A stretch of DNA of 32,000 nucleotides from Ktedonobacterales bacterium. Lineage in GTDB: Bacteria > Chloroflexota > Ktedonobacteria > Ktedonobacterales > JADMIN01. The notes beneath the pieces were generated by a model. It was not told the DNA's origin. It worked only from the letters and a program-made list of their open reading frames with translations, and made no database searches. The stretch is from positions 2,910,001-2,942,000 of the forward strand of contig CP126532.1 in assembly GCA_030167145.1 (NCBI GenBank). Direction: 5' to 3'. The position numbers were made by a program, and so were the translations under genes. Of the stretch, positions 18,292 through 25,331 are shown piece by piece (positions within the stretch are counted from its first letter, which is position 1; each line of letters starts with the position of its first letter).

Positions 18292-19125
18292 ATGGCTCAG
18301 CGTTTAGCACTCGAAACGGCGACCTTCTGGCGCGACCCGGCGCTCCACAATCTGGAACTGCTGCGGGCCACGTATGTGACGCATGTTTATGCCCCGCACA
18401 TGCACGAAGGGTTCGCGATTGGCGTGATCGAGCGCGGTGTGGAGCGTTTCAGCTACCGGCGCGCGATACACGATGCCCCAGCGGGCGCGGTGGTGCTCAT
18501 CAACCCCGGTGAGCCGCACACCGGCGCGGCGGCGCTGCCCGAAGGCTGGACCTATCGCATGCTCTATCCCGCCGCCGAAACGCTGCGGCAGATCGCCAGC
18601 GCCGTCACTGGCCGCCCGCGCGATGTGCCCTTCTTTGCGGAGCCGGTGATTACCGATCCAGCGCTCGCGCTGTCGCTGTTGCGCCTACATGCCACGCTCG
18701 AAGCGCAGCCGACGCCGGTCGAGCGCGAGTCGCAACTACTCATGACGCTGGGCCATCTGATCGTGCGCCACGCCGACAGCCATCCGCATCTGGCGCACCT
18801 GCGCCCTGCGCCGGAGGCTGTGCGCCGGGTACGCGAGTATCTGGCGGAACACTACGCCGAAGCGGTGACGCTGCGCGAGCTTGCCAGCCTCGCCGATCTC
18901 AGTCCATTCCATCTGTTGCGCGTCTTCTCGGCAACCGCCGGGCTGCCACCCCATGCGTATCTGACACAAGTGCGCGTCTCGCGCGCCAAAGGGCTGCTGG
19001 TGGCTGGCATGCCGCTGGCCCAAGTGGCCGCGCTCACCGGCTTCACCGACCAGAGCCATTTCACTCGCCACTTCAAGCGCATCGTCGGCGTGCCTCCCGG
19101 CCACTACGCCCGCGCCGCATCCTGA
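18292..19125 (+). CDS. AraC-family transcriptional regulator (cupin-like N-domain plus two HTH motifs)
   Basis: C-terminal LRELASLADLSPFHLLRVFS...G.PPHAYL...R...A..LL......A.VA...GF.DQSHFTRHFKR..GV.PG.Y. Confidence 0.88.
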   Translation: MAQRLALETATFWRDPALHNLELLRATYVTHVYAPHMHEGFAIGVIERGVERFSYRRAIHDAPAGAVVLINPGEPHTGAAALPEGWTYRMLYPAAETLRQIASAVTGRPRDVPFFAEPVITDPALALSLLRLHATLEAQPTPVERESQLLMTLGHLIVRHADSHPHLAHLRPAPEAVRRVREYLAEHYAEAVTLRELASLADLSPFHLLRVFSATAGLPPHAYLTQVRVSRAKGLLVAGMPLAQVAALTGFTDQSHFTRHFKRIVGVPPGHYARAAS

Positions 19126-19136
19126 TCTGGCCACCA

Positions 19137-19291
19137 GTAGGGCAGACATTTCTGTCTGCCAGCGCCGCACCGCCATAGTAGGGCAGACATTTCTGTCTGC
19201 CAGCGCCGCACCGCCATAGTAGGGCAGACATTCCTGTCTGCCAGCGCCGCACCGCCATAGTAGGGCAGACATTTCTGTCTGCCAGCGCCGC
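19137..19291 (+). repeat. tandem array of 4 x 41-bp REP-like units, each GTAG plus a perfect 8-bp-stem hairpin
   Basis: Unit: GTAG GGCAGACA TTTC TGTCTGCC AGCGCCGCACCGCCATA. Units start at 19137, 19178, 19219 and 19260. The only internal difference is loop TTCC in copy 3. Copy 4 diverges after AGCGCCGC. Confidence 0.95.
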
Positions 19292-19331
19292 CCGACCAAA
19301 AGAGCGCAAGAACGTACAAGACCGCGCCACC

Positions 19332-20144
19332 ATGCCGTGCGATGCTATGGGCATGAAGACCATGAAGCGTAGTACGACCACACCTCGAAGCGAGTTCCTG
19401 GCGGGTGTGCGCGGCGAGTTGCCTATTCTCGTCGGCACCATCCCGTTTGGGTTGATCTACGGTGTCTCGGCGATTGGCGCGGGCATTCCAGCGCCGCTGG
19501 CGCAGGCGATGTCGCTGATTATCTTCGCTGGCTCGGCGCAGTTCGCCACGGCGCAGCTCTATGCCGCGAGCCTCCCGGGATTGGTGATCGTCATCACCGG
19601 GGCGATCATCAATCTGCGGCACCTGCTCTATAGTGCGTCGGTCGCGCCCTATACGCGGCGGCTGCCCACTCGCTGGAAGCTGCCATTGGCATACCTGCTC
19701 ACCGATGAGGCCTACGCCGTGACCATCTCGCACTACCGCGAGACCAGCGACGAGACGCCGCACCGCCACTGGTTCTATCTGGGCGCGGGGCTGGCGTTGT
19801 GGTCAACCTGGCAGGCCAGCACGGCCGTGGGCATCCTGCTGGGCGCGCAGGTGCCCGCAAGCTGGTCGCTCGACTTCGCGCTGCCGCTGACCTTCATCGC
19901 GCTGGTGGTGCCCGCCATCAAAGACCGCGCCAGCCTCGGCGTGGCGCTGGTGGCGGGGATAGTGGCAATTCTGGCGGTGGCGCTGCCGCTGAAATCGGGG
20001 ATCATCGCCGCAACCCTGGCGGCGCTGGCGGCGGGTATCGCGCTGGAATCGCTGATGTCGCGCCGTGGACATGGGCAAGGCGCAGCGGAACAACCAGGGA
20101 ACATAGATACCCTGGCCGCTGAGAAGGAGGAGCAGATCCTATGA
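19332..20144 (+). CDS. azlC: AzlC-family branched-chain amino acid exporter subunit
   Basis: GVRGELPILVGTIPFGLIYG, FAGSAQF and INLRHLLYS motifs, multi-TM. The start is ambiguous among ATGs at 19332, 19347, 19353 and 19362. Confidence 0.85.
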   Translation: MPCDAMGMKTMKRSTTTPRSEFLAGVRGELPILVGTIPFGLIYGVSAIGAGIPAPLAQAMSLIIFAGSAQFATAQLYAASLPGLVIVITGAIINLRHLLYSASVAPYTRRLPTRWKLPLAYLLTDEAYAVTISHYRETSDETPHRHWFYLGAGLALWSTWQASTAVGILLGAQVPASWSLDFALPLTFIALVVPAIKDRASLGVALVAGIVAILAVALPLKSGIIAATLAALAAGIALESLMSRRGHGQGAAEQPGNIDTLAAEKEEQIL

Positions 20145-20473
20145 GCACCACAGCGCTCTGGCTGACCATCCTGGCCATCGGCGTGCTGACGTTCGGCATA
20201 CGCCTCTCGTTCATCGCGCTCACCGACCGTATCGCGCTGCCGCCGTTCGCGCTGCGGGTGCTGCGCTTCGTGCCGGTGGCCGTGCTGACGGCGATCATCG
20301 TGCCAGAACTCGTCTTGCCGACGGGCACGCTCGATCTCTCGCTCGGCAATGCGCGGCTGATTGCGGGGGCGCTGGCGGTGGTGGTGGCGTGGCGCACACG
20401 CAATATCGCGCTGACGCTGGTGGTGGGCATGGTGGCGCTGTGGCTGCTGCAATTCGTATTGCACGCGCAATGA
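20141..20473 (+). CDS. azlD: AzlD-family branched-chain amino acid transport protein
   Basis: ATGA overlap with the azlC stop, SD GAAGGAGGAG 8 nt upstream, and about 4 TM helices with the RLSF pattern typical of AzlD. Confidence 0.85.
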   Translation: MSTTALWLTILAIGVLTFGIRLSFIALTDRIALPPFALRVLRFVPVAVLTAIIVPELVLPTGTLDLSLGNARLIAGALAVVVAWRTRNIALTLVVGMVALWLLQFVLHAQ

Positions 20474-20530
20474 TGTGGATGCGCCTCGCTGTGATGAATG
20501 GGCGCATTTCGAACGCGCATGCCCCCAGGC

Positions 20531-21049
20531 TCAGCTTCCCGCTCGCCTGATCTTCTCTACCCAGGCCCGCATGTCTGCCTCATGTTCCTCGTGAAAATGG
20601 CCGAAGAAGAGCGCACCCGTCAGTTGCTCGCCCTCTAGCCAGGGGAAGTGATCTGGAGCCAGCAGGTCCGCTTCGGGGAAGGCGCCGAGCGTCTCCGCGA
20701 GTTGCTCAAAGACGGTGCGCGAGTCGAGCAGCACGTCGGAGAGTGGGCGGTCGCGGTCGGCGGCATAGATCCAGGCGTTGATCTCATCGTCCGTCTGGAG
20801 GTCTGGTGGCCATGGCGCTGGGGGCGACGGCTCGTGGCGCAGAGCCGCCTGGAATCGCTGCACCGTCCGGCGACGCCAGCCGGTCAGGTGGCCGACGATG
20901 TCTTTGATTGACCACTCGCCAGCGACGCCTGGCTGGGTCATGTGGTCCTCGCCGATGTCGCGCAGCAGCGCCTCCCACTGGGCTTGTTCGTTCTGCAGGT
21001 CATCGAGGAGTTGCGCTTTGCTCGTGGTGATGCCCATGGTGTCGGTCAT
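20531..21049 (-). CDS. DinB-superfamily four-helix-bundle protein, ClbS/DfsB-like
   Basis: TSKAQLLDDLQNEQAQWEALL...GEWSIKDIVGHLTGW...FFGHFHEEHEADMRAWV. I trimmed the start from the track's 21238 to the ATG at 21049, which is adjacent to AGGAGG. The ATG at 21037 is an alternative. Confidence 0.7.
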   Translation of the reverse strand: MTDTMGITTSKAQLLDDLQNEQAQWEALLRDIGEDHMTQPGVAGEWSIKDIVGHLTGWRRRTVQRFQAALRHEPSPPAPWPPDLQTDDEINAWIYAADRDRPLSDVLLDSRTVFEQLAETLGAFPEADLLAPDHFPWLEGEQLTGALFFGHFHEEHEADMRAWVEKIRRAGS

Positions 21050-21116
21050 GCCCTCCTGATGCTGATCGCGGCGCGAGTCGCCAGTAATGCGGATTGTTCT
21101 GGTTCTTAACCCATTA

Positions 21117-21308
21117 CTACGCAGCGCGGCCCGTGCGCTGATACTTGATGAACGCATCGAGTGCGGCGAGATAGGCGTCGTACATGCGCTCCAGCACATG
21201 CACCGGCTGATTGCGCTGCTCGGCCATTGCCAGGTCATACCACTTGCGTTCCATGCGCCGCTCCAGACGTTCCAGTTCGGTCATCGGTGTCGTCTGTTTT
21301 GCCTGCAT
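21117..21308 (-). CDS. hypothetical small helical protein (63 aa)
   Basis: Balanced, helical-looking composition (TELERLERRMERKWYDLAMAEQRNQPVHVLERMYDAYLAALDAFIKY). AAAGGGGCAGGA lies upstream of the ATG. It is co-directional with the ClbS-like gene and 67 nt upstream of it. I recognise no family. Confidence 0.45.
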   Translation of the reverse strand: MQAKQTTPMTELERLERRMERKWYDLAMAEQRNQPVHVLERMYDAYLAALDAFIKYQRTGRAA

Positions 21309-21390
21309 CGTCCTGCCCCTTTCCGCAATAGATCGGATGTCTGACGCCTCTCTCTTCTTTTGGCGGTGTGTGAAATTGGAAATCGCGGGT

Positions 21391-21440
21391 GGGCGTCCAC
21401 CGGACGCCCCTACGCGAGCCGCCGGGACGGCGGCGCTACA
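21391..21440 (-). repeat. bipartite REP-like element (two GTAG-hairpin modules on the minus strand) just 3' of recA
   Basis: Plus strand reads GGGCGTCC ACC GGACGCCC CTACG (21391-21414), then GAGCCGCCG GGA CGGCGGC GCTACA (21416-21440). On the minus strand each hairpin is preceded by GTAG. Confidence 0.85.
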
Positions 21441-21451
21441 ACTCTCTTCGG

Positions 21452-22540
<1,089 letters not shown>

Positions 22541-22695
22541 GCGTGTCTCCTTTTCGCGCCGCTGTCGCGTCTCGCGCGCGTGCCTGGGCGCCTGGGGCCT
22601 TCGCGGCCTGAACTTGGGTGCGAGTCATCGTCCGCTACGGAGCAATCGCGGGTGGGTGTACCCTGTGCGCTCCTGCACGCCGCCACGGAGAATTG

Positions 22696-22711
22696 TAGAA
22701 CTAATGTACTA
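22696..22711 (-). promoter_or_regulatory. candidate LexA (Cheo-type) SOS box with one mismatch
   Basis: Minus strand reads TAGTAC ATTA GTTCTA, that is GTAC-N4-GTTC against GAAC-N4-GTTC. It starts 1 nt after the -10 hexamer of the recA promoter. Confidence 0.45.
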
Positions 22712-22740
22712 ATTGTACGTGACTTCACATGCGGCGTCAA
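22712..22740 (-). promoter_or_regulatory. recA promoter: TTGACG, 17-nt spacer, TACAAT
   Basis: On the minus strand, TTGACG at 22740-22735, a 17-nt spacer, and TACAAT at 22717-22712. It lies about 165 nt upstream of the recA ATG. Confidence 0.55.
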
Positions 22741-22907
22741 GAGCGCATTCTTTTGGCATCGCGCCGAAACGGTCATATCTAATACCCATTAGACGAATGT
22801 GGCGGCGTCCTGGCCGCGTGGTCCTGCCAAAAGCAATAGCGGGCGGCGCGGTGGCGTCTTCCCGTCGCGCCATGTCACCCGCATTCCCGCATGGAGAAGC
22901 CAGATCC

Positions 22908-23486
22908 TCAGCGGTCCGCGTCGCTCTCTGCCCCTTCCTGAAAGCGTTCCAGATTCGGCTGCACGCCATAGGTGGTCATGATTTCCTGGTCATGCTCGGC
23001 TTCATGGATCATCAGTATACGCAGAATTGCGCGCACGCTCGGCCCGTGCTTCTGCGCCTCGGTCAGTTGCGCGCCTGGCGCTGGCGCCTGCACGTTAGGC
23101 AGCCGCAGGCCAGCGATGCGCCGCAGTTCCCAGTCCGCGCCGCCGCCCACATGCGCGCTGGAAAGCGCCCGCTCGCCCGCCGTCTGCAAGCCGCTGATGA
23201 TGTCGTCGCGCGAGAGCGCGCGGAAGCGCGCGACGGCCCGCTCGTTGTAGGCGTCCACGTCCTGGGACGCCTGGAACAGCACCGGCGGCAGGTCGCGGCT
23301 GGCGCTGATCTCAAAGACCGCTATCGCCCACTCATCCCAGGCGAGCACGTGAGCCAGCAGATCGTGGATGGTGCGCTCGCCAGCAAGCGCGGGTTCGCGC
23401 CAGCGTTCTTCGGGTACTTGGTCGGCCAGGGAAAGGGTGATCAATCGCTGCTCGCGCCGCCGCTGAACCAGTTCGCCCGCATCCAT
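22908..23486 (-). CDS. DinB-superfamily protein (DinB_2 / maleylpyruvate-isomerase N-terminal-like domain)
   Basis: ERTIHDLLAHVLAWDEWA...RILMIHEAEHDQEI follows the His-containing helix pattern of DinB-like four-helix bundles. The plus-strand ORF 22713..23756 is its GC shadow. Confidence 0.7.
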   Translation of the reverse strand: MDAGELVQRRREQRLITLSLADQVPEERWREPALAGERTIHDLLAHVLAWDEWAIAVFEISASRDLPPVLFQASQDVDAYNERAVARFRALSRDDIISGLQTAGERALSSAHVGGGADWELRRIAGLRLPNVQAPAPGAQLTEAQKHGPSVRAILRILMIHEAEHDQEIMTTYGVQPNLERFQEGAESDADR

Positions 23487-23529
23487 TCACGTGTTCTCGC
23501 TTTCGATGGAACCCTAACTCCCGCCCGGC

Positions 23530-23625
23530 GGGCGTCCACCGGACGCCCCTACGGATGGCTGCGTGCCGAATCCGGTGAGCACACGCCGTGCGGTCCCCGT
23601 GAGCCGCCGTCCCGGCGGCGCTACA
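23530..23625 (-). repeat. second copy of the bipartite REP-like element, with the modules split by a 47-nt insert, at the 3' end of recR
   Basis: GGGCGTCCACCGGACGCCCCTACG at 23530-23553 and GAGCCGCCG TCC CGGCGGC GCTACA at 23601-23625. The TAG within the minus-strand GTAG is the recR stop codon (23621-23623). Confidence 0.85.
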
Positions 23626-24235
23626 TTTCGCGGCGGCCTTCCAGGGCGCGGCTGAGCGTGCCTTCGTCGGCGTATTCGAGGTCGCCGCCCAGCGGCAGCC
23701 CGCGCGCGAGCCGTGTCACTTTGGCGTTGGGCAGCGTGATCAGCGGCGCGATGTAGGCGGCGGTGTAGTCGCCCTCGTAGTTCGGGTTGGTTGCCAGAAT
23801 GATCTCGCGCACCGGCTCGCCCGCCTCGGCGCTGGCGCGCACCCGCGCCACCAATTCATCTATCCGCAGGTCGCGCGGGCCGATGCCCTCCACCGGCGAG
23901 AGCGCGCCGTGCAGCACGTGATAGACGCCCTTGAAGACACCGGTCTTTTCTAGCGCCAGCACGTCCAGCGGCTCCTCCACGACGCAAATGAGTGTGTGGT
24001 CGCGTTCGGCGTTGGCGCAGATGGGGCAGGGGTCGGCTTCGGTGATGTTGAAGCAGACCGAGCACTGGATGATGCTCTCTTTGACCCGCGTGATCGCCTC
24101 CGCCAGCCGCCGCGCCTGGTCGGCGGGGCTGCGCAGAATGAAGAAGGTGAGCCGTTGCGCGGTTTTTGGCCCGATGCCGGGCAGTTTCGCCAGCTCTTCG
24201 ATGAGCGCCGTCACCGGCGCGGCGGTGGTTTGCAT
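23621..24235 (-). CDS. recR: recombination mediator RecR
   Basis: HhH motif LPGIGPKTAQRL, zinc finger CSVCFNITEADPCPIC, and Toprim region LICVVEEPLDVLALE...GVYHVLHG. Confidence 0.95.
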   Translation of the reverse strand: MQTTAAPVTALIEELAKLPGIGPKTAQRLTFFILRSPADQARRLAEAITRVKESIIQCSVCFNITEADPCPICANAERDHTLICVVEEPLDVLALEKTGVFKGVYHVLHGALSPVEGIGPRDLRIDELVARVRASAEAGEPVREIILATNPNYEGDYTAAYIAPLITLPNAKVTRLARGLPLGGDLEYADEGTLSRALEGRREM

Positions 24236-24257
24236 AGCCTATCCGTTGTTCTAGTCG

Positions 24258-24566
24258 CTAGAATCCCATGCCCGGCGGCAGCTTCATGCCGCCAGTGACG
24301 GTGCTAATGAGGTTGGACTGGGCCTCCGCCACTTTGCCGAAGGCGTCCTGGCAGGCGGTGAGAATCAGGTCTTCGAGCATGGAGATATCTTCGGGGTCCA
24401 CCACTTCTTGCTCCAGCTTGACGCTCTGCACCTCGAACTTGCCGCTCATGGTGACGGTGACAGCGCCGCCGCCAGATGTGCCCTCGAAGGTTTTGTTTTG
24501 CAGTTCTTCCTGCATCTTCATCATTTTGGTCTGCATCTGCTGGAGAGCTTTATAGTTGAAGCCCAT
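24258..24566 (-). CDS. ybaB: YbaB/EbfC-family nucleoid-associated protein
   Basis: LQQMQTKMMKMQEELQNKTFEGTSGGGAVTVTMSGKFEVQSVKL...DPEDISMLEDLILTA. SD AAAGGAG lies upstream. It shows the classic ybaB-recR pairing. Confidence 0.93.
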   Translation of the reverse strand: MGFNYKALQQMQTKMMKMQEELQNKTFEGTSGGGAVTVTMSGKFEVQSVKLEQEVVDPEDISMLEDLILTACQDAFGKVAEAQSNLISTVTGGMKLPPGMGF

Positions 24567-25006
24567 GGACGGCGCGCTCCTTTCAGCGTGTCGGGATGCT
24601 GTCTCGTGCCGGGGTGTACCGCAGCCGGGCCACGACTGCGACGCGCGTGGGCAATCCGACGCGCTTCCGAATTATACGCTATGCAAGATACATCCGCGCG
24701 CCGCCGCTGATTGTGGAAACTTAGCCGAAAAATTTTCGCCGTTTTCGCCGCAAATGGAAGTCGGGTGCAGTTGCCAGAGTTGCCGATTCTGCCGATTTGG
24801 CGATTGTGTGTGGAGGGCGAAATGAGCGGTGAGGCGAGAACGTAGCATGAATGCCACGGGTAATCCCGGCTGAAGGATAGTGACCGAAATGGCCGATATG
24901 TGTTGAATGGCGTGCCGGATGTGGTGCTCCGATGGCGCTAGGGGAGTACGCGCGGTGAATGGCGGACCGGCGCTGGGCTGCGGGGCGTGCCTTGCCTGTC
25001 CATAGC

Positions 25007-25036
25007 ATTATAAGGAACGGACGTTCTATAGCGCAA
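25007..25036 (-). promoter_or_regulatory. candidate promoter (TTGCGC, 18-nt spacer, TATAAT) with a perfect GAAC-N4-GTTC box inside the spacer
   Basis: On the minus strand, TTGCGC at 25036-25031 and TATAAT at 25012-25007. The palindromic GAACGGACGTTC sits at 25015-25026. It lies about 440 nt upstream of ybaB. Confidence 0.35.
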
Positions 25037-25052
25037 GGCGGGTGTGGGCGAC

Positions 25053-25076
25053 GGGCGTCCACCGGACGCCCCTACG
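25053..25076 (-). repeat. third copy of the GGGCGTCC-ACC-GGACGCCC-CTACG REP-like hairpin (single module)
   Basis: A 24-nt match identical to the copies at 21391 and 23530. Confidence 0.85.
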
Positions 25077-25198
25077 TAGGGAGAGGCTGGTGGGAACGCG
25101 GTTGGTAGCCTGACGGGTGTACGCCGGAGGCTCGCGGGGATGCGCGGAGCGCGGTGGTGGGATGCGCCGATCTTGACGCCTGTGCTATATTCTTGATG

Positions 25199-25223
25199 CA
25201 CCCATACCCAGGGGGTATGGGTG
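25199..25223. promoter_or_regulatory. perfect 11-bp-arm palindrome resembling a CsoR-type copper-repressor operator
   Basis: CACCCATACCC AGG GGGTATGGGTG. It lies 8 nt downstream of an extended -10-like TGCTATATT (25183-25191) and about 110 nt upstream of the ATPase ATG. Confidence 0.5.
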
Positions 25224-25331
25224 TCGAGGAAGAGATATGGCACCAGTTGTGCGCGGTTTGTGCTACACCGCAGCGGCGCTTGTGGGAGGGTGCGAGCGCG
25301 CGCAAACCAGGGGAAAGGATGGGCGAGCAGT

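Noticed and set aside
19137-19291. Possible miniature CRISPR array (regular repeats containing a palindrome).
   Set aside because: The whole 41-bp period is repeated and there are no unique spacers between repeats. No cas genes or leader are nearby. It is a tandem REP-like array.
20479-20518. Hairpins between the convergent azlD and ClbS-like genes: ATGCGCC..15 nt..GGCGCAT, and GCGCATTTCGAACGCGC.
   Set aside because: The stems are short or imperfect, one loop is large, and there is no T-run on either strand. This is too weak to call a terminator.
24711-24720. DnaA-box-like TTGTGGAAAC and nearby TGTGTGGAG, suggesting a replication origin.
   Set aside because: These are only partial matches. 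There is no cluster of boxes, no AT-rich unwinding element, and no dnaA or dnaN nearby.
24567-25050. SRP RNA (ffs), dnaX, a tRNA, or another housekeeping RNA upstream of ybaB-recR, as in many genomes.
   Set aside because: I looked on both strands for the SRP domain IV signature (GGAA tetraloop with AGCA/AGG loops), the RNase P P4 motif, tmRNA ends and the tRNA T-loop GGTTCGAATCC. None was found. A short resemblance (GCGTGCCGGATGTGG) to the 4.5S RNA helix 5 is in a non-conserved part and is probably chance.
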